Source of the DNA: Candidatus Nomurabacteria bacterium
GTDB lineage: Bacteria > Patescibacteriota > Minisyncoccia > Phycocordibacterales > UBA9973
Assembly (NCBI GenBank): GCA_031425235.1
Contig: JANPIZ010000003.1
Span: 1-62,445 of the forward strand
Reading direction: 5' to 3'
Length of the DNA stretch: 62,445 nucleotides
Shown: positions 46,821 through 55,909 of the stretch, piece after piece
How the letters are laid out: every line of letters begins with the position of its first letter
How positions within the stretch are numbered: position 1 is the stretch's first letter
The notes under the pieces: generated by a model
Databases searched by the model: none
Seen by the model: only the letters and a program-made list of their open reading frames with translations
Told to the model about the DNA's origin: nothing
Position numbers and translations under genes: made by a program

Positions 46821-48095
46821 TTATTTCTTTGATGTCTTTTTCTTCTTGGCTTTATCCTTCTTTTTTGTAAACTGATTTAAAAGTATTTTTGCTTTTACTA
46901 GTACTTCGTCAAAACATATTATTTCTATATTTCTAAGATTCTGTCTAAATAAATCGAAATTTTTTCTTGAGTCCTTGGGGATATCACCAATCTTTCCAGC
47001 AACAATAATACATCTCGGTTCAAATACTTCGAAATCGCCCGTAGCCACATTTGAGTAATTTCTTAAAAGAGTATGTTTTTGATCAAGCACTTGGTTAATT
47101 GCACCAGAAATACCAGAAGAAATTGGATATATTTTCCCAGCTTTTCTGTATGCAGTTTTATGTAAAAGTGGTGCTTTATGAGTTTTAATCTCTATAATCG
47201 TGGCATTGTCAGTTAAATTATTTTTATAAATAAAGTCAGCATATCGTGCCCCCTTATCATTGCCTTTTTGACCACCAACATAGTATTCATCTTGAAATAA
47301 AAAATGAGGAGCGGCGAAAAGATAGGAGAATATCCAAGAGTTATCTTTAAAGAATTTATGCCATTCTCCCTCGAGATTTTTACCAGTCTTTTTTGATAGA
47401 ATTTTTTCAAATTGAGCAAGCACTTTATCAATATAGACTTGATCTATTTTTTCCTTGGTTCGAATTAATGCAACAGCATTCATGTCATAGTTTTGAATTT
47501 GATTTTGAGTAAAATCTAAAATTGAGGCAGAATCATTGTCTGATAGTTTTGCTCCAGAAGATTTAACTTCTTGTAAAATTCCCTTAATTGTCCCAGATAC
47601 ATACGGAATCTTTTGAGATTTAAGCTTAAGCTCTTTAGAATCAGCTAAAAGGTTATTAATTGTTATTTTTAGATCTTTAGAGTGTGTAAGATTCTTAGGT
47701 CTGAGAGTGCTATAGATTTTTTTATAATCATCATCATTCAAAATAAACTCTCCCTTTTTAAGCTTAAGACTTGTTAGTTTTTTAGAAATAACAATTTTTG
47801 TAACTTGAGGAAATTTATCGTTAACAACTGAAAGGAGAGAGGAGGTGTCATAGGTAAAACCGTAACCACGAGTCATTGCTCTTAGGCCTTTTAAGTCAGC
47901 ACGAGCGACTCCATCAAAATGAATTTCTGAAATGAGAGTATATTTTTGCTTACCAAATCGGTCAAATGGATAAACAATCTCATAAAGTTTTTTCTTAAAG
48001 ACTTCTCTCGATTTAACCTCGAAATCAGCCTCAGTGTTTTTTGCAAAGTAAATCTCTTTTGTTTTTAAGTTTTCTTTGATAATTTCAGTAGTCAT
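46821..48095 (-). CDS. DUF4263 (Shedu SduA-like) PD-(D/E)xK nuclease with an unrecognised ~240-aa N-terminal domain
   Basis: C-terminal half: WHKFFKDNSWIF...GARYADFIY...ATIIEIKTHKAPLL...GAINQVLDQ...PRCIIVAGK...NIEIICFDEVL. Sits 1 nt from the hsdR start and 7 nt from the hsdMS stop. Confidence 0.7.
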   Translation of the reverse strand: MTTEIIKENLKTKEIYFAKNTEADFEVKSREVFKKKLYEIVYPFDRFGKQKYTLISEIHFDGVARADLKGLRAMTRGYGFTYDTSSLLSVVNDKFPQVTKIVISKKLTSLKLKKGEFILNDDDYKKIYSTLRPKNLTHSKDLKITINNLLADSKELKLKSQKIPYVSGTIKGILQEVKSSGAKLSDNDSASILDFTQNQIQNYDMNAVALIRTKEKIDQVYIDKVLAQFEKILSKKTGKNLEGEWHKFFKDNSWIFSYLFAAPHFLFQDEYYVGGQKGNDKGARYADFIYKNNLTDNATIIEIKTHKAPLLHKTAYRKAGKIYPISSGISGAINQVLDQKHTLLRNYSNVATGDFEVFEPRCIIVAGKIGDIPKDSRKNFDLFRQNLRNIEIICFDEVLVKAKILLNQFTKKKDKAKKKKTSKK

Positions 48096-48102
48096 GTAAC
48101 TA

Positions 48103-50373
48103 TTATTTTTTAGTCATAATATCTTGCATCAGTGCTTTTTTCAGAGTCTCAGCCTTTTGAGTAATATCTTTAATATTTTTTAAATAAGAATCCATTGTAG
48201 AAAATAGCCTAGCTATATCTTTCTGTTCTTTTAGAGGCGGAATTGAGATGGGCATAGAGTATATGATAGGCAATCGAAGAGATTTTACAGTACTTCCAAC
48301 AGCATTATCTGCGAAGAAATTTCTGTTAGCAAAAATAAAATAAAAAAGATACAAAGGGTCTACATCTTTATTTTTTGTGGAAATTGCGTAAGCTCGTTGA
48401 TGTAAATCAAACTTACCACTGTAATAGCGAGGGATAAATTCTGCCCCTTCTCCAGGTAATATTATGGCTGTTTTATCAAACAAATATTTATTACTTCTTT
48501 TTATTATTATAGATCTATCAAAAAGAGGATATTCTCCATTATCCACAGCGTCTTGAGAATTAGTTTTTCCATTTTTTATGTCAGCAATTTCTCCAAGAGT
48601 TGTCTTTGTCCATCCCTTTCTATTAGTTAAATCTACCAATATGTCGTTAAATACTTCCCAATTATTTTTTAAGGCATTTGTATATAAATTTTCTGATTTA
48701 TTTAAGTCTTTCTTTGACTGTGAAATATCAAGAATTTGATCTTCAATGTCTGAACTAATATAAAGTTTTGTCTTTAGGATGTAGTCTTTGTCTTTAATTT
48801 CAGTAAGGTGAACTACTTTTGCATAATTTGCTTTGTCGGTATAAGTATCATACGTTTTAATAATTTTCTGTATGTCTTGGGTTCTTAATGAGTTTTGATT
48901 TTTTCCTTCAGAAAAATCTTTTTCTGCATCAATTATTAATATTTTTCCTTTATGATTTTCTGGTTTATTTGTATTTAAAATAAGAATAACCGCTGGAATT
49001 GTTGTTCCATAGAAAAGTTTTGATGGGAGTGCGATGACTGCATCAATTAAATCATTTTTTAGAATCTGTTCACGAATACGACCTTCGGCACCCCCACGAA
49101 ACAACACACCGTGCGGAAGTACTATTCCAGCTCTTCCATTCTGATTCATCGATTTAATAATATGAAGTACAAAAGCATAGTCTGCATTTTTATCTGGCGG
49201 AGCATCATATCCTTCAAGGCGACCAAACTTTGTTTTGAATGCTTCATATTCCCAGTCTTTTATTGAGTAAGGTGGGTTAGCTACTACTATGTCAAAAGTT
49301 TGTAAATTCCCTTGTTGATTAAGAAATTGAGGATTTGCGAGCGTGTCACCTCTACGGATATCAGCGCTATCGAGTCCATGAAGAAACATGTTAATTTTTG
49401 CAATCGCAAAAGTAGCAAGATTCTGTTCTTGTCCATAAAGATAAAGTGTCTTTGCAATTTTTTCTCCAGACTTTTGTTTAAGATAATCATAAGCTTCTAA
49501 AAGAAAACCGCCTGATCCAACAGTAGGGTCGTAGATATGATCTTTCTGATGGGGTTTAAGAATCCCCATGATAACTCTTTCAACTTCTCGAGGAGTATAA
49601 AACTCGCCACCTTTCTTACCCGCATCGGCTGCGAATTGTTTTATAAGATATTCATATGCATCACCCAATAAGTCTGAACTAATATAAGTATTACCGAAAT
49701 TGTATTGTGAAAAGTGGTTAATAAGACGTTGAAGTGTTTCGTTGGGAAAACGATCTTTATTGGCGAAATCAAGATCTTCAAAAATCTTATCGAGTTTGGG
49801 ACTATTTGCATTTGCTAACTTATCAAAAATATCATTTAGCTTCTGTCCGATGTTTTCAGCTTGTTCAGTAATCTTTTCCCATCGACAATCTTTTGGTATC
49901 TGAAAACGGTGATTGTAGTCAGCACGAGCAATCGTTACATCGTTATATTCTTTCATGACGGTATTGTATTCTTCATCCCACACGTCACTCATTCGTTTAT
50001 AGAACAAAAGACCAAAAATATATTTTTTATAATCAGAGCTGTCAATTTTCCCTCGGAGAATGTCAGCACTCTTCCAAAGGAATGATTCAAGTTGGGGTAG
50101 AGTGAGCTTACTACCCATTTTATCGACGATAGCTTCTATGTCTTGAGGGCGATATTTACGATCACCTCGCTTCCCAGCTCGAAGTGGCACAAGAGTACCG
50201 TCCTTTTCCCAGTTGCGGAGAGTGTCTGGGTGAATGGAGAAAATATCTGCTACTTGGCTGATAGAGAGTAGTTCTGGCATTCCTTTAAGTTTTGCTTGTA
50301 TATCTTTCCTCATTTGTATAAATAGGAGTCTATCAGACTCTAAATACAAAGTCAAGTGTTCATAGGTTTTCAT
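48103..50373 (-). CDS. hsdM: Fusion of an excisionase/MerR-type HTH, type I N6-adenine methyltransferase (HsdM) and a single-TRD half HsdS
   Basis: LSISQVADIFSIHPDTLRNWEKDG (HTH). FYTPREV, DPTVGSGGFL and VANPPYS (methylase). C-terminal TRD plus the conserved LPPLKEQKDIARLFSTMD helix (HsdS). Confidence 0.85.
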   Translation of the reverse strand: MKTYEHLTLYLESDRLLFIQMRKDIQAKLKGMPELLSISQVADIFSIHPDTLRNWEKDGTLVPLRAGKRGDRKYRPQDIEAIVDKMGSKLTLPQLESFLWKSADILRGKIDSSDYKKYIFGLLFYKRMSDVWDEEYNTVMKEYNDVTIARADYNHRFQIPKDCRWEKITEQAENIGQKLNDIFDKLANANSPKLDKIFEDLDFANKDRFPNETLQRLINHFSQYNFGNTYISSDLLGDAYEYLIKQFAADAGKKGGEFYTPREVERVIMGILKPHQKDHIYDPTVGSGGFLLEAYDYLKQKSGEKIAKTLYLYGQEQNLATFAIAKINMFLHGLDSADIRRGDTLANPQFLNQQGNLQTFDIVVANPPYSIKDWEYEAFKTKFGRLEGYDAPPDKNADYAFVLHIIKSMNQNGRAGIVLPHGVLFRGGAEGRIREQILKNDLIDAVIALPSKLFYGTTIPAVILILNTNKPENHKGKILIIDAEKDFSEGKNQNSLRTQDIQKIIKTYDTYTDKANYAKVVHLTEIKDKDYILKTKLYISSDIEDQILDISQSKKDLNKSENLYTNALKNNWEVFNDILVDLTNRKGWTKTTLGEIADIKNGKTNSQDAVDNGEYPLFDRSIIIKRSNKYLFDKTAIILPGEGAEFIPRYYSGKFDLHQRAYAISTKNKDVDPLYLFYFIFANRNFFADNAVGSTVKSLRLPIIYSMPISIPPLKEQKDIARLFSTMDSYLKNIKDITQKAETLKKALMQDIMTKK

Positions 50374-50503
50374 AGGTCTGCATACTAACTCACCTTGTAA
50401 AATAAGGGTAATTAGTTATCAACAAATGCATCCTAGACTCCTAAGAGCCGTTGCGTCATTCCTTAGGTGTAGGTCAATTATCAACCAAACACAAGGAATA
50501 TAT

Positions 50504-51799
50504 ATGAAACATAAGCAAGTAGAGCAAGCCCCCACGGCACCCCTTAAATACTGTCTGTATTCTAGGAAATCCACAGAGGCTGAGGATAAGCAGGCTCTCT
50601 CAATAGAATCTCAGGTAAAGGAGATGCAAGCTCTAGCAGAGCGAGACCATCTCCATATAGTAGAGATAAAGCGAGAGGCACACTCGTCGAAAGAAGTTGG
50701 GCAAAGACCTGTATACAATGAAATGCTAGCAGAGATCAAACAAGGCAAGTTCAACGCCATCCTTACTTGGGCACCTGACAGATTAAGTAGAAATGCAGGA
50801 GACTTAGGGTCAGTGGTGGATTTGATGGATCAGGGAAAGTTAATTGAGATAAAAACATATGGGCAGAAATTTACAAACAATCCAAACGAGAAGTTCCTCC
50901 TGATGATTCTAGGATCACAAGCGAAACTGGAGAATGATAATAAGGCAGTGAATGTACAGCGAGGTCTACGAACAAGGTGCGAGATGGGATGGAGACCAGG
51001 AGTTGCACCGACTGGCTACCTGAATGAAAAGCATGTAGATAAAAAGTGCCAATGCAGGATTGATCCAAAACGAGCACCAGTTATTAAGCAGATGTTTGAG
51101 AAAGTCGCATCTGAACAATGGAGTGGAAGAAAAGTATATCGATGGCTAAGAGAAATTAATTTCAAAACGCATAGAGGAAAGCCATTAGTGTTAGCAAATA
51201 TTTATATCATCTTAAGAAATCCATTTTATTATGGTGACTTTGAATATCCAAAAGGTGGCGGTCAATGGTATACAGGAAAGCAGACACCGATTATAGATAA
51301 AACACTTTACGATAGAGTGCAGATGACTCTTAATCAGAATTATATTCCCAAAACTGAGAGTAAAGAATTCGCATTTACTAAACTCATACACTGTGGCTAC
51401 TGCGGATCAGGCATATCGGCTGATGAGAAATTTAAGAAACTTAAAGATGGTGGAGTGAATCGCCATGTCTACTATTTCTGTACGAAAGCAAGGAACATAG
51501 ACTGCAAAAATCCAGCTATCAATGAGCCAAACTTAATAACAGAACTTATTGAATTGATGGATAAGGTAGACTTAGATGAGCTTGGAATTAAAACAAGAAT
51601 CGAGGATGAGATAAGTAGGTTTAATAAATTTAGAACTGGAGTATTAGGGCATAAGCAAGAAAAAGTATCACTGGATATAGATGTCCGAAACTACACGAAG
51701 TACTTACTCAAAGATGGAACACTAATGGAGAAAAGAGAACTACTATCTTGTATGAAAAGTAAACTAATTATAAAAGAAAAGAAAGTCTGTTTCGCATAA
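50504..51799 (+). CDS. Large serine recombinase
   Basis: YCLYSRKSTEAEDKQALSIESQ (catalytic Ser region), DRLSRN, a recombinase domain and a CGYCGSG...YYFC zinc ribbon. ATG at 50504 preferred over 50426. Confidence 0.85.
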   Translation: MKHKQVEQAPTAPLKYCLYSRKSTEAEDKQALSIESQVKEMQALAERDHLHIVEIKREAHSSKEVGQRPVYNEMLAEIKQGKFNAILTWAPDRLSRNAGDLGSVVDLMDQGKLIEIKTYGQKFTNNPNEKFLLMILGSQAKLENDNKAVNVQRGLRTRCEMGWRPGVAPTGYLNEKHVDKKCQCRIDPKRAPVIKQMFEKVASEQWSGRKVYRWLREINFKTHRGKPLVLANIYIILRNPFYYGDFEYPKGGGQWYTGKQTPIIDKTLYDRVQMTLNQNYIPKTESKEFAFTKLIHCGYCGSGISADEKFKKLKDGGVNRHVYYFCTKARNIDCKNPAINEPNLITELIELMDKVDLDELGIKTRIEDEISRFNKFRTGVLGHKQEKVSLDIDVRNYTKYLLKDGTLMEKRELLSCMKSKLIIKEKKVCFA

Positions 51800-51812
51800 A
51801 TAAAAGATAAAC

Positions 51813-51838
51813 AAAAAGCACCCAGTTGGGTGCTTTTT
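51813..51838. terminator. Bidirectional terminator
   Basis: aaaaa-gcaccc-agtt-gggtgc-ttttt. Confidence 0.8.
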
Positions 51839-51894
51839 GTTCTGAATACTGCGCTCAGCAGGTATGCAATGACGGGATAGTGCTCGTATGCGTA

Positions 51895-51917
51895 TCAGTC
51901 ACCTGACTTAGCATATG
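51895..51917. repeat. 23-bp exact direct repeat, right copy (candidate att site), 4 nt from the tRNA-Gln 3' end
   Basis: Identical to 38120-38142. Flanking similarity extends to about 38110-38150 and 51885-51927, with indels. Confidence 0.85.
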
Positions 51918-51921
51918 ACGG

Positions 51922-51992
51922 CTGGGAGACTAGGACTCGAACCTAGATAACGTCCTCCAGAGGGACGTGTCCTACCATTAGACGATCTCCCA
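51922..51992 (-). tRNA. tRNA-Gln (anticodon CUG)
   Basis: Folds by hand into a cloverleaf: acceptor tgggaga/tctccca, anticodon stem cgtcc/ggacg with loop ctCTGga, T arm ctagg-ttcgagt-cctag. No encoded CCA. Confidence 0.9.
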
Positions 51993-52035
51993 ATCCTCTT
52001 ACAATATTACAAATTTAGGTTTTAATCAAATGCGT

Positions 52036-52590
52036 TTAATATTCAACAGTAATGGGAAACGAAATAGATGCATCATTTTCAGGCAAGCCAGACGCATTAT
52101 CTTTTTTGAGAACAAGTGTCGCAGGGCCCATATATGATTCAGGGGCTTTTATAGTCCCTTTAAATGGTACAAACTCTTCAGTCATCCATTCTCCCTCTGC
52201 TTGGGCATACCCAGTAGCAATAACGTTACCTAATTGATCCAAGAGCTCTAAAGGAAATGAAGCTTCGAAAAACCATGTCCCTCTCGCCTTTCCGATAACA
52301 CTGAACTCTTTACCCGTAACTGCGCCAGGAAATGGCAATTCAACAACAATCAAATCTGTAGATGCCTTAGTATATGTTATCGTCTCAATTTTTTCTTCTG
52401 CAAACGTCCTCCCGTCTGGAGTCATACATTGACGAGGGTCACTTTCCATCACGAGCAAGCCAGCAGCAGCACAATCTTCAAATGATAAAATCTGAGGCAA
52501 GGCGACCTGTTTATTTTTTGAACTAACCCACGCCAAAGAACCGACTACGAGAATAAGCACAATAAGTATAATTATATTTTTTGTATTCAT
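52036..52590 (-). CDS. Gmad2 immunoglobulin-like domain protein, membrane anchored
   Basis: GKARGTWFFEASFPLELLDQLGNVIATGYAQAEGEWMTEEFVPFKGTI. Confidence 0.7.
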   Translation of the reverse strand: MNTKNIIILIVLILVVGSLAWVSSKNKQVALPQILSFEDCAAAGLLVMESDPRQCMTPDGRTFAEEKIETITYTKASTDLIVVELPFPGAVTGKEFSVIGKARGTWFFEASFPLELLDQLGNVIATGYAQAEGEWMTEEFVPFKGTIKAPESYMGPATLVLKKDNASGLPENDASISFPITVEY

Positions 52591-52895
52591 GTATTGTATT
52601 ATATCATTTATATGAAATACATAAAATATTTGTTACAATTAAAATAATAGCGACACATCCCTATTTATAAATTAACTCTACAGGAGAAAAAGAGTTTGAA
52701 TTAATAAAACAACAATATATTTGAGAAATGTATGATACGTTATTAGGAGCAACACCAAAAGCTCAATCGATCCCCGCTCATCACCATATCCATCTACTCG
52801 TCTGGAAAAAGGTTTAAATAATCTTTACCCTATTATATATGTTATAATAGGGTGGTATTAATATTAATTTAGAAGTCTCGGTTAATCAAAATTTT

Positions 52896-53441
52896 ATGCA
52901 AAAAACAATAATTTCTGTGGTGGTGTTGGTAGCTGTAGTGGTAGGAGCTTATTTTATTATCACAAAAAATAAACCGGAAGTATCTAATGAAGCCATTGTA
53001 AATACAGACGCGATGACACAAGAAACACAGACAGGAGAAACAAGTAGCAAGAAAATGGCTTTTAGTGAATTCGTAAAGCAAGACGATAGGCCATATAAAT
53101 GCGAAGTCAAACAAGCAATGAGCGACTTCGAAAATAGCGGCACCGTATACCTTGATAAGGGTAACGTTCGTGGGGAATTTACTACAATCGCTGAAGGCCG
53201 GACGCTCGACACTATGTTCATCGCACGAGATGGATATACATATATATGGTCATCGGCGCTTCCAAACACAGGATTCAAGACAAAGCTCGCAGCAAAAACC
53301 GATACAACTGGCACTGACGTATCAGGAACATACAGCTGGAATGCCGACCAAATTGGTGATTATGATTGTATGTTATGGACACCTGATCAATCAAAATTCA
53401 TTGTACCGACCAATATATCATTTAAAGTGATTGGTGAATAA
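52896..53441 (+). CDS. Hypothetical membrane-anchored protein
   Basis: 181 aa with an N-terminal anchor. Confidence 0.5.
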   Translation: MQKTIISVVVLVAVVVGAYFIITKNKPEVSNEAIVNTDAMTQETQTGETSSKKMAFSEFVKQDDRPYKCEVKQAMSDFENSGTVYLDKGNVRGEFTTIAEGRTLDTMFIARDGYTYIWSSALPNTGFKTKLAAKTDTTGTDVSGTYSWNADQIGDYDCMLWTPDQSKFIVPTNISFKVIGE

Positions 53442-53444
53442 AGA

Positions 53445-54200
53445 ATGAAAAAAAGTACTAAAAAAAATGCAGTTTTTTATGTAGTCATACTCCTTGTTTT
53501 AATAGCACTTGGATTATTTTTGAAATATAAAAAAACGATTATTCCAGTTGTGCCCGAAAACCCGAAGGAGCAAATACCGACCGAAATAGCACCAGACCCG
53601 ATAACTATAAAGACTACAAAAATACAGGAAGAAAATTTTAGCGGCACAAAACCAGTTATTTCTGGTGAGAGTAAACTTGCTCTCACTGCCCAAGCCTATG
53701 TCGACACATCGGTGGATGAATTTCGAAAACAAGCAAATATGGATGTGCCGGACATGCGCGCAAAATTTGGTGCGGATGCCCCGATGGCAAACTACACACT
53801 CGACATAGAAGCAAAAGAAGTAAAAGGCACTGAAACAAGTTCAATCGTAATAAGTGAATATGCCTACACTGGTGGTGCTAATGGAAACAATACGTACAAA
53901 GTCATAACTGCTGCGACAGATACGGGAGAAATTTTATCGTTGGCAGATATAATAAAAAAGGACAAGCAAACAGCTTTCACAGCTTTAATTAAAAAAGAAT
54001 TACTTGCATCGAAATCATTGGGCGTGTTTCCAGAAGAAGTTAAGAACCTCACCTTTGGTAGTTTTTCAAATTGGTCTCTTAGTAGTAAAAATGTAACCAT
54101 TTACTTCAGTAAATACGAAATTGCACCAGGGGCAGTGGGTCCAGTAGCATTCTCTCTACCTCTTACAAAAATCAAAGATTTCTTAAGTTCTACGTATTAG
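53445..54200 (+). CDS. DUF3298/DUF4163 (RsiV/PdaC-like) domain protein
   Basis: YAYTGGANGNNTYKVITAATDTGEILSLADI. Confidence 0.65.
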   Translation: MKKSTKKNAVFYVVILLVLIALGLFLKYKKTIIPVVPENPKEQIPTEIAPDPITIKTTKIQEENFSGTKPVISGESKLALTAQAYVDTSVDEFRKQANMDVPDMRAKFGADAPMANYTLDIEAKEVKGTETSSIVISEYAYTGGANGNNTYKVITAATDTGEILSLADIIKKDKQTAFTALIKKELLASKSLGVFPEEVKNLTFGSFSNWSLSSKNVTIYFSKYEIAPGAVGPVAFSLPLTKIKDFLSSTY

Positions 54201-54203
54201 AGA

Positions 54204-55895
54204 TTATTTTTTTCTCTGTTCTCCACAGGCTTTTATAAAGCTAGAGAAAAGCGGATGTGGGTTTAACGGATGAGCTAAAAATTCGGGATGGAATTGAGTA
54301 CCGAGGAAAAATGGATGTTCGGTTTTTGGCAATTCCGCAATCTCCATCAACAGTCCGTCAGGAGACTTACCTGAGAATACAAGTCCCGCCGCTTCTAACT
54401 TTTCAATAAATAATGGATTTACTTCGTAGCGATGCCTATGCCTTTCGATGACCTCCCCGCCTGCACCAGCTATGCTGGAAGCATTGCGGGCAGGTTTTTT
54501 GCCATAAGCTTCTGAAGCAACACTACCTTTCTTTAGCACTGCTTTGTACTCTCCGAGACGCATACTTCCCCCGTACGAATTATTTTTTAAAATTTCCTTT
54601 TGAGATTCCATAATATCAATCACGATATTATTAGATTTAGGGTTTACTTCGCGAGTATTAGCATCCTTCAGTCCGAGCACATTACGAGCGTATTCAATAA
54701 CCATCATCTGCATACCATAACACAGTCCGAGATATGGTATTTTATGTGTGCGAGCAAATTGAACGGCTGCGAGTTTGCCTTCCACGCCTCGGGTACCGAA
54801 ACCCCCTGGCACAATAATACCATCGTATTTTTTCAAATCTTTTAATTTCACTGGTTGTTTTTCAAAATCTACCGAGTTCAACCACGAAATAACTGGCTTT
54901 TTGCCTTGAGCATAAGAAGAATATTTGATCGACTCGATAACTGACAAATATGAATCTGATAAGATAAAGTCGCCTGTTTCAAAGTATTTACCAATCATGG
55001 CAATTTTAACCACATTTTTATCGTTGTGGGCTTGCTTTGCAAAATTCTTCCATGAATTCCAAGCTTTCGGGTCGGGTTTTTTGCAGACAACATCAATCAA
55101 TTCACATAATTTATCGGAAAGTTTTTCTTTTTCAAAATTAAGCGGTATATCATACACACTTTTGACGTCCGGGGCTGAAATAATACGATCAGTTGGGATA
55201 CTACAAAACATTGCGATCTTTTCCTTACGGAGACTATCGAGCGGAGTCGCACTACGAGCAATGATAAAATCTGCTTGAATGCCTGAATTGTTTAGTAGTC
55301 TCGCCGCATGCTGGGTTGGTTTGGTTTTCATTTCCCCAATAGTCGAAGGTGTCGGTAAATATGACACCATTACAAAAAAAACATCTTTTGGGGATTTTGT
55401 TTTCATCATGCGAGCCGCCTCAAGGAACAAAATATTTTCATATTCACCAATAGTCCCACCCACTTCGATAATCACCACGTCAGCACTCGCTTTAACACCT
55501 GCTTTTTCAATACGATCAATTACTTCGAGTGGTATCGCCGGCACAACCTGCACGCATTTGCCATTGTATTCGAGATTTCGCTCTTTTTCGATGACAGTCT
55601 TATATACTCGGCCGGTCGTCATGTAGTTGAGACGAGTTAATTTTAAATCAAGGAAGCGTTCGTAGTTACCCATGTCTTGGTCAGTTTCATCGCCGTCACC
55701 AAGCACAAAGACCTCTCCGTGCTCAATAGGATTCATCGTTCCTGCGTCAACGTTTACATAAGGGTCAATTTTTATTGCGGTAACATTCAGTCCTCGGTTC
55801 TTCAAAATAAGTCCTAGTGAGGAGGTAGTAATCCCTTTCCCTACTCCGGAAATTACCCCACCAACTACAAAGATATATTTTGTTGATTTTTTCAT
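54204..55895 (-). CDS. pyrG: CTP synthase
   Basis: KYIFVVGGVISGVGKGITTSSLG, a glutamine amidotransferase domain (GLCYGMQ) and HRHRYEVN. Confidence 0.95.
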   Translation of the reverse strand: MKKSTKYIFVVGGVISGVGKGITTSSLGLILKNRGLNVTAIKIDPYVNVDAGTMNPIEHGEVFVLGDGDETDQDMGNYERFLDLKLTRLNYMTTGRVYKTVIEKERNLEYNGKCVQVVPAIPLEVIDRIEKAGVKASADVVIIEVGGTIGEYENILFLEAARMMKTKSPKDVFFVMVSYLPTPSTIGEMKTKPTQHAARLLNNSGIQADFIIARSATPLDSLRKEKIAMFCSIPTDRIISAPDVKSVYDIPLNFEKEKLSDKLCELIDVVCKKPDPKAWNSWKNFAKQAHNDKNVVKIAMIGKYFETGDFILSDSYLSVIESIKYSSYAQGKKPVISWLNSVDFEKQPVKLKDLKKYDGIIVPGGFGTRGVEGKLAAVQFARTHKIPYLGLCYGMQMMVIEYARNVLGLKDANTREVNPKSNNIVIDIMESQKEILKNNSYGGSMRLGEYKAVLKKGSVASEAYGKKPARNASSIAGAGGEVIERHRHRYEVNPLFIEKLEAAGLVFSGKSPDGLLMEIAELPKTEHPFFLGTQFHPEFLAHPLNPHPLFSSFIKACGEQRKK

Positions 55896-55909
55896 GCGAG
55901 CAAACCTCC

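Larger units (their letters stand above)
38120..51917. mobile_element. Putative ~13.8-kb integrated island carrying defence/R-M genes
   Basis: Direct repeats at both ends, a serine recombinase at the right end, an adjacent tRNA gene, and phage-like (ParB-MTase, HTH) and R-M cargo. Confidence 0.55.

Noticed and set aside
36726-51901. Recurrence of the 7-mer tcagtca in five island spacers (36726, 38120, 38846, 43074, 51895), as a possible shared recombinase or regulator half-site.
   Set aside because: A 7-mer is expected about 4 times per strand by chance in 62 kb, and two of the five hits are the homologous A and B copies. This is suggestive only. The 23-bp and 108-bp repeats are reported instead.
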